A DNA stretch of 64,000 nt from Nymphaea colorata (taxonomy: Eukaryota). The stretch covers positions 7,936,001 to 8,000,000 of the forward strand of contig NC_045138.2 in the NCBI RefSeq assembly GCF_008831285.2, written 5' to 3'. The position numbers and the translations under genes are program-made. The notes below the pieces were generated by a model. That model did no database searches. It worked only from the letters and a program-made list of their open reading frames with translations, and was not told where the DNA came from. Positions 1 through 12,691 of this stretch are shown here, in pieces. The stretch's first letter is position 1, and every line of letters starts with the position of its first letter.

Positions 1-580
1 GTTGAATAGTTGGCCTCCTTTCACACAAAAGCCTAAACAACTTGAATTCAAAATTAATTTGTTCTTACTATATGTTGTAGCTTCCATCAATGGTTATAAT
101 TAAAAGTGGGAATCTCTTTATAGCATTCAACTGTACACCAAAAGAAGTAAATAGCATATGGCATCTGATACTTTTTTTTTCTTTTATTCATCAAATTCCT
201 TTCGATCCCATTTTCAAAATAGTTGGATTACCAATTCGAGTTATTTCCTAAGTATGGAATTGGTCCTCATGATAAGCATTTCAAAAGGGCATCTAAGTAT
301 ATTGGAACAAATGGCCCGACCCAACGCCCACCTCTACTTCTAAGGGAGCAAACGGGAAAATGAGAGTGGCACTCAAGGCTGACATTGTAGGCTGCCCATC
401 CGGAGGTCTCTGGGGCTAAGAAGTTGGTAACAGAATTGATAGTCACAACAATGGAGCAGACCAAGAGATTGACGAGGAGCTGTACAAAGAGGATGGCGTA
501 GAGCTGCTGGATGAATGTCCATGGAAGGCCAACGTTGTGATGTCGATGGTTGTTTCTTCCATCGTGTTAGCACTGCTACC

Positions 581-583
<3 letters not shown>

Positions 584-668
<85 letters not shown>

Positions 669-669
669 C

Positions 670-710
<41 letters not shown>

Positions 711-870
711 TGAATAAGAATAGAAAATTAAATGATGAGTAGTCACCAAGAAAAAAAATCAACAAAAAAACCATAGAATAGAGAGAGAGAATTCATTAAT
801 AAGAATAGAAAATTAAATGATGAGTAATCACCAGGAAAAGAAATCAACAAAAAAACCATAGAACAGAGAG
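584..870. repeat. Compound (TA)n(GA)n microsatellite followed by a 2 x ~85-bp tandem repeat
   Basis: Read directly; the unit gaattcat(g/t)aataagaatagaaaattaaatgatgagt...ccatagaa occurs twice. Confidence 0.9.
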
Positions 871-1661
871 AGAGATAGAGAGAGAGTGGAAAACAGGGAA
901 GACCGCAACCACTGGCTAAGGCAAACCTCAAATGTCTTAGGAAGTCTGCTGATACGGTTATCTCTAAATACCTTGCTGTGGTGCTCTTCCTAGATTCACC
1001 ACAAGCAACTGATAAGCCATGACCCCGCTAGGTGTTACACCAAAGCTGAATAGGGTGATGGGGTGAAAAGAAGGATAAGGCAAACGGTGGAATGGGTAAG
1101 CATGAAGCCAAGCAAAGGAGAGAATGTGGCAGAAGAAAGGATAAATGCCCTTTTATTGATAGAATGGAATAAACACTCAGGAGACAGCGACAACAGCTTT
1201 GTCTTAACTCAAAAAGAAACATTAAGAGAAACATCGATAACACGTTAAGAGTTTTTGGGAGACAGCTACTTTGCTCTCCCAAATTTTGTCTCGCAAGTGT
1301 TTGGCACTGCCGGTCATGAAAAGAACCTTTCCCCAGTTTCATTCTGTGGTCAGACTTTGAACACCATAAGTGCTGATGTTTCAAGTTTTTTTAAAGAATC
1401 ACCAACCAAAGGGAAAAAAATCAGCACGCGGAACTCATTCATACAATTAGAGTTCTAATAGCAGTACAAACTCCATGCTTCTGAAGAGACCGTGGGGTTG
1501 CTCACTGAAATTATCTCCCACATGACCTCCATCGCTGCTACCACCTTGCTCCTCATACATGTGCATGTCGATTTGGTGAAACACGTTGTTCTTTTTTCTT
1601 GAATAATCTTCTTAAATTGTGCTCTGAGGAACTGGCAGAGTTATAAACCCTAAACCATCTG

Positions 1662-2001
1662 TTAGCTCAACAACTTTGTGCAATCAATGTCTTCGATTAC
1701 AAGTATAGATTTGTTCGATGTAGATGTTAGCAGGTTTCTAGGGTCAGAGTTGCGACAGATATCGGTGAATTCAAGGTCATAGATGTCAAACTTGAGGAAG
1801 TTGGCCATGGCGGCGATCAAGCTCGATTTTTGGGTGCTTGGAGGCCTGTAGTGTAGGTACCCCCACTTCCGGTCCTTGCCGGCCACTCTGTAGAAGTGCT
1901 TTCTCTCCACAAACTTCTTTAGATCTTTCGTTAGAGCTGCCTTTTAGGATTCCTTCATTGCCAACGTCCAAGTCTGCATGAAATAAGTTGGATGTTGGCA
2001 A
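1662..2001 (-). pseudogene. BCS1-like plant AAA-ATPase fragment
   Basis: ERKHFYRVAGKDRKWGYLHYRPPSTQKSSLIAAMANFLKFDIYDLE..SNKSILVIEDIDC matches the family pattern GKAWKRGYLLYGPPGTGKSSLIAAMANYLxFDIYDLEL..SILVIEDIDC. Walker A is broken, there is an upstream in-frame stop, and both ends are missing. Confidence 0.88.
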
Positions 2002-2275
2002 TGGAGGGATCCCAAAAGACAGTTTTGATGAACAATCAGAAGAATTTTATGGAGAGAAAGCAGTTCAACAGAGCGGTCGGTAGGGGCCCGGAAGTGGGGA
2101 TACCTACTCTACAGAAGAAAAAGTAAAAAGTTAGATCAAAGCTGACATAAAAAGTGAGATTCATGCATGAAACCTGCAACATAAGGAAAGTGGTACGACA
2201 CATGGAGGGTGGAGTGAGGGAGTGGATCTATGGATGAATGCCCCCAAGAGCTAGGGGTTCTCTATCATGCCTAGG

Positions 2276-2986
2276 AATAGTGGTGGTTTCTCGGGTAGAT
2301 TTTGCACTTTATATAGGTATCACCAGATTGTTGAATTTCAATTGTTAATAAGATTTCTTTCATGAAAGAAAAGATTGATAAATTATTTTTTAATCTTACA
2401 TTTTCCAATTTCTAAAAAGATTTTTTCTTAATTCATAAATTATGTTTTAATTTTAGCTTTTGATTTCTAATTTTTGATAAGATTTTTTTCCTAAAGGAAA
2501 AGCTTCATAAATTATTTTTTAATCTTAGCTTTAGAATTCGAATTTCTAATAAGATTTCACTCCTAAAAGAAAAGATTCATAATTTATCTTTTCGTTTTAC
2601 CTTTTTTAACTCTCCTATGGAGTATATCGTAGTTGTTCAACCTATTGGTAGATGTGGTCCTCCATTGTCACATGTGAGGTGAGGGGAGAGTTAAAAGCCC
2701 TTTAGGACAGTAAATAAAGGTAAAACTAAAAGATAATTTATGAATATTTTCATTTAGGAATGAAATCTTATTAAAATTGGAAATGAAAATGTAAGAATAG
2801 AACATAATTTATGAATCTTTTTATTTTGAAACGAAATCTTATTAGAACATGGAAATAAAAAATATAGGATTAAAAACTAATTTATTAATCTTTCATTTAG
2901 AAAAAAAATCTTATTGACAATTGGAATTCAACATGCTAGTGATACATATATAAAATGGAAAATCCACCTCAGGCACTGCCACTATT
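2276..2986. mobile_element. Foldback/long-TIR non-autonomous element; arms built of ~62-bp subrepeats
   Basis: 2276-2615 is a diverged reverse complement of 2705-2986 (aatagtgg...ccactatt; internal aataagattt..aaagattcataaattat units). No clear TSD. Confidence 0.65.
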
Positions 2987-5328
2987 AATCGGGCCTGGTT
3001 TCTTTCATGTAGTAACCAGTGTTGCAGTATAGATGAGCTTGAAGCTAGCCCTGAATTGTTTATGGCATTTATGGTTTGTTCCCATCGATGGGCAAGATTA
3101 GGTATAGCTTATAAGAGGCGAGTATGTAGACTACTCGGAGCAAACAAATAAATATGGTTGGTAGGTTTTATGTGCATAATTTTGGAATAAAAATGAAAGC
3201 CTGAAGGTGCACTTGTTGGATTCCTTGGAAGCCCTATAAGGATAAAGACTGACTGTGTTACCTCCATCCTTTAGGTTGTAGAAGTAGAGAACAAGTTAGA
3301 CATCATCTAACGAGGCAACAATTGAGGAGGAAATCATAAACGGTTCTAGGGCTTAGTCGTATAACAGTGCAATCTTCGTGACAATCTTGGCAAAAAAGCG
3401 TCCGATGAAAGATGTGAAAGATCATCTTAAAATGAAATACAGCCGTATGGTTCCATTCTTGCTTTTGGTGGAGGAACATGTTCCTCTTTTTAGTTTTAAT
3501 ATATAATACATGGATGCTCTACCGGAATTTCCTATCATGGTCCTGAAGTAGTTTATCTATCAATGGCATTATGACTTAAAGGTGTTATGGTATCTATATG
3601 TAGATCTGCAAGTTCCATCTACTATGCTCGACTGCAATAAAGAAGAACCACCATCCAGGACAGCTGTGAACTAACAATAAAGGGATATGTTGGCTAATGT
3701 AGCGATATTGCTTGAAACAGGTATGGGCTTGCAATTAAGCTGGATTCTTGATTATCTGCTTGATTTTCTATCTTAGCTAAAAATCAAAAGAGAAATTGGT
3801 CCTTGGCTACAGGTATATTGTATTTTTGTACCTTGAATCCCCTGTGTATGGGATATGTTTCTTTGTGTGTGTGTGTGTGTAGTGCTCCGTTGTAAGTCCC
3901 TTGAGCTTAGAGCTCATAAAGAATTTTTTGTTACCATGATGACCATTAAGGGGGAGGTACATGGTAGAGAAGGTGCCCACAATCGGAAAGAAGTGTGATA
4001 TGGAACTCCAAACTTTGAAACCCATCAAAAATCTTCTATTCAATGAATATCTTATGCCCATCTAGAGCTCTAGATAAAATTACTTTTTAGGTAGATACGA
4101 CGGACTCCATGAAAAGACCTAGCGGAAGCTAGTCTGTCCTGTTCAACAAAAGAAAAAGGGAAAAGTGTTTAAAATCAATTCACCTTGTCATACATTTTTG
4201 TCATAATAAGAACCTCCTCTTACACTATCGGTGGGTTGCACTACTTCACGGAGAAACATTACATCGTCATAGAGCTATCTCCCGTTAGAAATATCGCTTG
4301 CCCTTTTCCAATAATCTTACTATGAATGTGCCCCATACAATATGATAGCATATTTTATTTTATATAAAAAAAATGGCATAGGGAAGTAGGTATGAGCTGT
4401 TGAACACATCTAGCAATAAGAACAGTGGTTGTTCCATTAATTTTATAAACAAACCAAGTGATGATAACAAAATTTTTAAAGGAACAATGTCTTAACTTAC
4501 TTAGCTCAATAAAGTACAGTCCAGAATCATATACTAAATTAATAATGTAGTCCAGCCAGATAAAAGACTAAAGATGATCCAGGGGCTAATGATAATTAAT
4601 CTTTTAAAAATATTATACTGTGTATTTATAAGTTACTTGTGGATTTCACATATGAGATCATTGATGTATGTACACATGAAAACGAAGTAATAATTTTTCA
4701 ATAGGATTTAGAACATAAAGAGGAACAAAATATTCCAACATAAGTAAATAAACATATTTTGATCTAAAATGAAGTTGTGGACATTATTTGCGAAAGAGAG
4801 AAGTAAATAAACCCCTTGTGGTGGCTTTTGTTGTTATATATTTTGATGAGAAACAAAATAATCGTTCAACTGTTCACATGAAAAAAGAAAGTATTGAAAA
4901 TAAATGTTCAAAATAATTGGCAGATAAATTGGAAAGTAGGAAAATAAATGTTCAGAGGAAGGAAGGAGGAAAAGTGCATTTCTCTCTACTCTAACAAGAG
5001 GAAGAGAGACGAAACCGAGACATTTGAAAGAGAGGGAGAGAGAAAAAGTGCATTTCTCTTTCAAATGAAAAAGTCTTAACAAACATTTGAAAAGGCTAAC
5101 CAATAGTTTGTTGACCTACCCTCTACCCTGGTTGCTTTTGGTTACTGGACGTTGTATCCAAGCTCGTTTATCATCTTAATGGGCCCGCATAGTTTAAAAA
5201 TGCATGGAAAGAGCGTATCAAAATTCCAAATGTATGGGAGCGGAAAAAGTGCATTTCTGTTTGGGCCACGGGTTGTGTGTGGGTCATCTACATTGAAATC
5301 TTTCACATCAGCTACAAAAGTGGGAATG

Positions 5329-6957
5329 GAACTTATCGTCAGTACATAACATTATTATCATTAGTAAGTAACATTAGTTTAATTATAATAATTTTTCACT
5401 ATACAGATTACAGTGTTATTTTAATTTCCTTGGTTCTGTTCGAGTCTTGAAAAAAGGCCCTACAGCAAAGCAACTTAACCTTTCCCATTTGAAAATAGCA
5501 TGTCAGAAACACCTTATGTGGCTTCTTGTGTGCATCCTTTGAATTCAGAAACATTCTCGAGTGGCTCTGCAGATAAATCTGAACCAGACTATGCCCCTCC
5601 TCCAGAGAAGAAATTAAGGACCAACAATGGTAGTGTTTTAGTAGCCGGTATTGCTCCTTCAGATGGTTTTCCCAAGGTTCCACATGTTGGGACTGAAGGC
5701 ACTGTACCTGTAAAAACGTGCAGACCGAACACAAAAATCCGTATGATATCATGCCATCTGCATCACAAGCAGCTAGTGAAACACCATCTAAACCAACTGC
5801 TACTATAGCAAAATTTGCCAGCCAACCAATACCGAAGCCAATGACAGTTGGAGCATCGGCCAAAAGAATTGCGAGGCACCAAAGTTCCTGCGTCTTTGTC
5901 ACAGCCAGCTTTTTCCCAATCATAGCCTTTAGGAAAAAGCAGCAAAAAAACCACTGCTGCTCGTATGGTAGGATCTAGGACCTGGCGTCGGACTGATAAT
6001 ACCTCAAATTCCACATCCACTGGACAGCAGCTTCTCTCACATAGTACTTCTTTGGGAAAACAATCAATGATTAAGCAGGATATACGAACAAAAATCTCCA
6101 TCGGCAAATGGACCAGCTGATGGAGGGGATAAAGTTGTCACCAGTACGAGTGTGGGGTTCCAAAACAAGATGAAGGCAGTCAATCCGTGACAACTTTATC
6201 CCCACACTCGTACTGGTGACAACTTTATGCTCTCCATCAGCTGGTCCATTTGCCGATGGAGATTTTTGTTCGTATATCCTGCTGATTGTTTTCCCAAAGA
6301 AGTACTATGTGAGAGAACCTGCTGTCCAGTGGATGTGGAATTTGAGGTATTATCAGTCCGACGCCAGGTCCTAGATCCTACCATACGAGCAGCAGTGGTT
6401 TTTTTGCTGCTTTTTCCTAAAGGCTATGATTGGGAAAAAGCTGGCTGTGACAAAGACGCAGGAACTTTGGTGCCTAGCAATTCTTTTGGCCGATGCTCCA
6501 ACTGTCATTGGCTTCGGTATTGGTTGGCTGGCAACTTTTGCTATAGTAGCAGTTGGTTTAGATGGTGTTTCACTAGCTGCTTGTGATTCAGACGGCATTG
6601 TCCTGAACCCTCGGAAAACCATCTGAAGGAGCAAATACCGTTTACTAAAACACTACCATTGTTGGTCCTTAATTTCTTCTCTGGAGGAGGGGCATAGAGA
6701 GTTCAGATTTATCTGCAGAGCCACTCAAGAATGTTTCTGAATTCAAAGGATGTACACAAGAAGCCACATAAGCTGTTTCTGACAAGCTATTTTCGAATGG
6801 GAAAGGTTAAGTTGGTTTGCTCTATGGCCTTTTTTCAGCACTCGAACAGAACCAAGAGAAGTAAAATAACACTGTAATCTGCATGGTGAAAAATTATTAT
6901 AATTAAACTAATGTTACTTACTAATGATAATAATGTTATGTACTGAACGATAAGTTC
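5329..6957. repeat. Long inverted duplication (arms 5329-6157 and 6200-6957, 42-nt spacer) of a gene-like fragment
   Basis: Arms are reverse complements, with mirror ORFs on both strands (5408-5923 - vs 6426-6626 +; 5718-5978 + vs 6371-6634 -; 5763-6107 - vs 6227-6586 +). One ~60-nt and one 8-nt asymmetric bulge. Confidence 0.97.
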
Positions 6958-7254
6958 GAACCCAAAATCCAATTTCTTAATCTGAATCTGTATTATACAT
7001 TAACCTGAATTTGACCAACTTGAAAAATGTAAGAGTTTCGGATATGGGATGTATGTTTAAAAATAAATAATTCAATCTAAATCTGTATCTAATATGATAT
7101 TCATTTACATCTGAATCTGTAACTGAATCCAATCATGTCATTTCTTAAATCAAATATGATCTTCTTTTTAATCAGATATTAAATTTTTCGTCATATCCAA
7201 TTTTTTCAAAATGGTTCTGGCATATGATCCAAATCAAATACATTGACATCTCTA
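6958..7254. mobile_element. Half MITE (right TIR ttgacatctcta) abutting the long hairpin
   Basis: aatctgaatc-rich interior resembling 7697-8137; the left end is missing and the hairpin arm takes its place. Confidence 0.55.
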
Positions 7255-7696
7255 CATATAAGGTGACGCGATATACCTAATTGACAGTGTTGTCGCTAAG
7301 TCAAATAAGGATGCAACTCTATGCCTTATTGGTGAGGGAAAGGAGGGAGGTTTTAGTTCTCATGCAATTATATTTGCAAATAGCAGCACACCTTGTGCTT
7401 GGGATTTGAACGGCCTAGCTAGGTCAAATAAAAGTGAATCTCATTAAAGTTTAATTACACAAACACACAAGGAAGTAGACTCCAAGTTAGCCTCCAAAGT
7501 TTTACTTTAATAAAAAGATGGATATATATATATATATATATATGGTGACAAACAATTTAACTGATTTTATTCTAAATTAATTTCTCATAATTTTTTTATT
7601 GGAAATCATGTCCACCTCGATCATGCTTTTCGAAAATAATTACTATCCCAATTTTTTTTGTGCAATATTATTCGTTGAACTTTGATGTCCATAATC

Positions 7697-8137
7697 TAGG
7701 GATGTCAATGGATTGGATTCGAATAAGATATATACCCTCGACTGTATCCATTCTATTGGATGTTCGAACACTCGAATTTAAATTCAGATTAAAAAAACGA
7801 ACAAACAAAAATCATATCTGAATTCGAAATCCGATTTCAAAATCCTAATCGAATTTTTTATAAACATCGAAATCCAAATTTTTAACTGAATTTGACCTAC
7901 ATTCAAAATGTAAGAGAATTAGATATAAGGTATTTGTTTAAACATAAATCCAATCCAAATCCATATCTAAATCCCATCAGATATTTATGTATATCTGAAT
8001 TCAATGGGATGTCATTTCTCAAATCCGAATCCGATCTGATTTTTTAATCAGATATTAATTTTTTTTCCATATCCACTATTTTTTGAAATAGTTTGGTCAG
8101 ATATCCCCAATCCAAATCGAATATGTTGGCATCCTAA
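7697..8137. mobile_element. hAT-type MITE (TAGGGATGTCAA family)
   Basis: TIRs tagggatgtcaa and ttggcatcctaa; 8-bp TSD ccataatc/ccttaatc (7 of 8); interior rich in atccga/gaatcc units. Confidence 0.8.
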
Positions 8138-8516
8138 CCTTAATCTTCTTTTTTACCCTTTCAAATAACATGATTATTTTATTTGTTAAGAAGCTACATA
8201 GATATATATTTCTTCACTTGACTTTTTTTTTTTTTTTTTGAAACTTGGGCACATTGCATATATCTATACATGTAGGATGTGTTAAACCAAACTGATTAAA
8301 GCAAATTTAAATCATATCAGACTGTATGTGCATATTAAAAAACATCTTCTTTTTGTAAGTTCACAATATTTTAGATTTAAAGATCATTTATATGGTTAAC
8401 TGGAGAAAGTAAAAGTATTTAAAACAAATAGACTGGTGTCTTTTGTGTGTGTGTGGGTGTTTGTGGACAGAGGGAGAGAAATGGCTGACGTTTTTTGAAT
8501 CTATATGTTCCTGTGT

Positions 8517-8569
<53 letters not shown>

Positions 8570-9126
8570 GATCTATTCATTTTTGCTCATTATAAAACAC
8601 AAGTAAAAACACAAAAATGATCAACTTGATATATATTTTGCATCAACTTATACATAAGGTTATATTGGTAAGGTTAGATTTCAAAAAATCACTTTAAATA
8701 TCAGATTTAATGGGCTTGGTTTTTATCCCTGACTTGGTCTGGCTCCTACAAATCACTAAGATATTTAGAGAAACTGGCAAATGCCAGACACTTAGGTCAC
8801 AGATAAAACCTAGACCCTTTATTTTTTTCTTAAAAATTATTTCAAATAAAATAGAAACATGTTGAGATATTTATAAAAACTATTTTGATATAAAACATTC
8901 TTTCTGTTTTATCATTCGGCTTGTTATTGTTGTTTAATCTTTCTTACTACAATATCTTTTTGCATGGCATTGAAATGTTTGTAATTATTTATGCTAAAAT
9001 TGATTGTGAAAATTTTGTACCATTGGTAATTTCATGTTTGTGGCGGGGGTGGGATAGGTTTTTCTTTTTTTATAATTAAGATCATTAAGTATGGTGATCA
9101 CATGCAAAAGTTATTTGGTGGGAACT

Positions 9127-9164
<38 letters not shown>

Positions 9165-10245
9165 ATAAACGTTTAAAGATGCCTATTTAGAAATAAAAAA
9201 AAATAATTAAGAGACTGGTGCGGGTAGTTGCCCACACCTGTCACCATGTGGCTCCACCACTAGTCATGGAAGTTCCTACAAAATTGCGTGGATGGAATGC
9301 TAGCTCGGACAGTAATTTTTTCAACAATTAAGAGACAATAACGAATTTTTATACCACATTGAATGAAACATGAAAATATGATGTCTGGATGAAAAATGTC
9401 AAGTATTCGCGTTGGGGTTATGGAACATGGAACTTTTAGTTCCACCCCACAAATAAACCATTATTAAATGCCAGAGATTTTAATGCCAAAGATTTTTTTC
9501 ATCAATCAAATGATACCTTAAATGAGGAAATCAGCTGCCAGCAACACCAATTATTCTAATACAGCCAGTACCATTCGACCCCGTGCACACACACACACAT
9601 CAACAGAGAAATCGGCTGCTTCATTTGGTTAGAGAACATGAATAGCTGGTGAAGACTTGCTCAACGACATGCACTAAACTCCAATTAAATTATAAAATAA
9701 CTCCAATATATGATCCATTATCATAACACACCAACCTGTAGAGTGAACCAAATCTGTGACCAAGGGAAATAAAGGAATAAAATGATAAAGAAACCACATG
9801 TATGGATAAGAAGTCCGTTGCTACCTTCATATCAAAAAACTTATTCAACAGTTACACTCTCATACAAAGCAACAGATATGCAAAGAATTTTAACGAATCA
9901 TGGGCAGCAATGAACCTGATGGTGGACAATATTGGCACTCATTCACTATGATATTCTTCATGATCTGAAAAGAGTTTAGCTTTTATTTCTGCAGCAGATA
10001 GCGCAGTTCAGACAGCAGCTTTATGTCATAAATCTAAATTCATGATCGTTTAAATCATAAGTTATGATAATTGAGTTTCGACACTGCACGTCAAAGCACT
10101 TTTTTTTTTGGCATTATCATGTGTATGATGTATTAATCTATTATTCATCCAATCATCAATCATAATATAGATGGCATTTTCAAAATATAAAAGTTCTTTC
10201 TTGGTATCCATAAGCTGCAGTTTGGTAGAGTTCTACCAGATCAGG

Positions 10246-12205
10246 ATGAATAGTTGGCCTCCTTTAACACAAAAGCCTAAACAACTTGAATTCATGATTA
10301 ATTTGTTCTTACTGTATGTTGTAGCTTTCATCAATGTTTATAATTAAAAGTGGGAATCTCTTTACAGCATTCACCTGAACACCAAAAGAAGTAAATAGCA
10401 CTGCTACCCTGATATCTGTTGTAGCTAACCATAGAACAGAGAGAGAGAGAGTAGAAAACAGGGAAGACTGCAACCATTGGCTAAGGCAAACCACAAAAGT
10501 CTTTACCAATTCACTAGGGAAGTCTGCTGATACGGCTGTTTTTGAATACCTTGTTGTGGTGCTCTTCCTAGATTCACCACTAAAAACTGATAAGCCATGA
10601 CCCCGCTAGGTGTTACACCAAAGCTGAAGCTGAATAGGGTGAAGAAGGCAAACGGTGGAAGGAGTAAGCATGAGTTGTTAAGCCAAGCAACGGCGAGAAT
10701 GTGGCACAAGAAAGGATAAAAAGTGAACAAGGTGAATGTGTAACTCAGCAACCGAACAACTGCATCGGTTGGCACAATGAATATCAAAACACTAGAGATG
10801 CTCAAAGGTATTAATATGACTTGCAAAAATAAAGCAAGCAAAGATAGTGCCATGACAGGAAAGACTAGCAAACCAGAGCACTCAACAGAAAAGGCAAGTG
10901 ACGAAGGACCAAAGGAGGCAAACTCGCAAGAGAGCTAGGGAAGATAGTGCAATGAAAGACAAGGGGAAAAAAAAAGGAAAAAACTTGGGAGCACAACGGA
11001 TATGTCATGCGTCACTGCATAACTTGTACTTCCCCTCTATTCCCTCAGATTAGAATGGGGATTTAGTTTTAAATAATATTTTTATGTTCAATGCCCTTAT
11101 ATTTCGAACATCGGCTAGACTCCATTTAAAATTTTGATTTAGATTTATATATAAATGTACATATCAGATTCATATCGGATGTAAATGGGGAAATCAGATT
11201 TCAAATTCAGACTTGAATTCAGATATGAGTTTTTTTTTTTTTAATTTGCATTTGACTCCAAATTCAAATCTGAAACACAAATCTGGTCCAAATATGATTT
11301 TTACGTTCATAATCCACATTTGACTTCGGTTGATTATTTGACTTTTGGGCCTGACCTGATAACAGAAACTTATTGGGCCAGACTGACGATTCGGTTGATA
11401 AATGTTCAACTTGACTTAAACTGACTTAATATATTTATATTTAAACCCCACCACTTTACATATATATTTTGTTTATTGATAGAATGGAATAAACACTCAG
11501 GAGACAGCGCCAGCTGCTTTGGCTTAACTCAAAAAGAAAGCATTAAGAGAAACATCAATAACACGTTAAGATTTTTTGAGAGACAGCTCTCGACAGCGGC
11601 TGGACAGTGGATACGATTTCATTCGGATATGACTATATTGTAAAAAAACAGAACGAGAGAGACAAATGGTGAGCGAGAGAGAGAGAGAGCACACAAGAGA
11701 TTACGTGGTTCGGTCAAACTTGACCTACGTCCATGAAGTCTTTCCTTCTCTACAATTCTGAAAAGGGAATCCTCTCTTACAACCTTTAAATTTTAGAGAG
11801 GAAAGAATACTAAATAGAAATTTCAGGCTGGTTAAGATCCAAAAATCTTGGATCTTGTTTACAAATTTGAATTTCTTTTCCTTTGGAATAGATTTTGGCA
11901 TCTTCATGTGTTGGAGCATTTGTTGCTTTCCTCTTTTCAGCGTCAATTGCATTTCTTCTATTGGCTTGAAATTCAAAATTTGATTTACCTTGCAAGGTTG
12001 GCAAGGATGTTGGATCGGCAACCCTATCTCTAACATATATTAGATAACGCTGCTCTTCCTCATTTTTGTCTCGCAAGTGCTTGGCGCTGTCAGTCATGGA
12101 ACCATTCCCCAGTTTCATTCTGTGGTCAGACTTTGAACACCATAAGTGCTAACATTTCAAGTTTTTCTAAAGAATCACCAACCAAAGGGAGAAAAATCAG
12201 CACCC
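10246..12205 (+). repeat. Diverged direct (segmental) duplicate of 1-1428
   Basis: Collinear blocks: 4-156 with 10247-10400; 850-1145 with 10427-10720; 1152-1268 with 11472-11588; 1273-1428 with 12052-12204. Blocks are separated by copy-specific indels. Confidence 0.92.
11639..12035. mobile_element. Solo LTR (copia-type) with 5-bp TSD
   Basis: TG...CA ends with TATAT on both sides (11634-11638 and 12036-12040). Contains the LTR-like motif ttacgtggttcggtcaaacttgacctacgtcc. Absent from the paralogous segment near 1270. Confidence 0.8.
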
Positions 12206-12520
12206 AACCCAAAAAAAAAAAAAAAAAAAAAAAAACACAGAAGCTAAACTTCGACTACATATCCAGGAGATGAGAGATCGCAATTGCCAAATTGAGATAA
12301 ACATCAAGCCCGACAGCCTGCTAATTCAGTTAGCAGCAACCTAAGTTTTAAAAGAATTGATAAAGTTCTGACCACAAAACCGCAGACGAACTCTAAAATA
12401 ACATAAATGTAGGACAGATACCCACATTAAAAAGATTGAGATTCATCGTTAGAAACAACCATTGTCCCTAAAAATCGAAAAAATGGAGACCTCCTAATTG
12501 AAATCCAGAGTCCAGCGTAC

Positions 12521-12672
12521 CAGTAACAGAGTAGTTGTATTCAGGGGAAGCAAAAAAAAAGTTGTCGGCCACATGGATCTTCTTCCTGAAGCTTTCCACC
12601 ACAGGTGGGAACTTCTTGCCCACTTCCAAATTTGTATTCGAGAAATGAAGGGGCTGAACGTCTATATGTTGC
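12521..12672 (-). pseudogene. NAD(P)H:quinone oxidoreductase (NADPH-dependent FMN reductase family) single-exon fragment
   Basis: HIDVQPLHFSNTNLEVGKKFPPVVESFRKKIHVADNFFFASPEYNYSVT followed by a GT donor (gtacgc). Matches the plant NQR pattern IDISPLP..NTDLE..PPVVEAFRQKI..AD..LFASPEYN. The 5' side runs into a microsatellite; no other exons found. Confidence 0.82.
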
Positions 12673-12691
12673 TCTCTCTCTCTCTCTCTCA

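Noticed and set aside
373..774. ORFs with IYIYIY and ERERER tracts
   Set aside because: Translations of microsatellites.
3260..4400. Very degenerate copia pol on the minus strand
   Set aside because: Only faint motif echoes; I could not support it without a search.
10503..10871. Hydrophobic 122-aa membrane-protein-like ORF
   Set aside because: T-rich strand bias; the paralogous copy near 850-1145 does not keep the frame.
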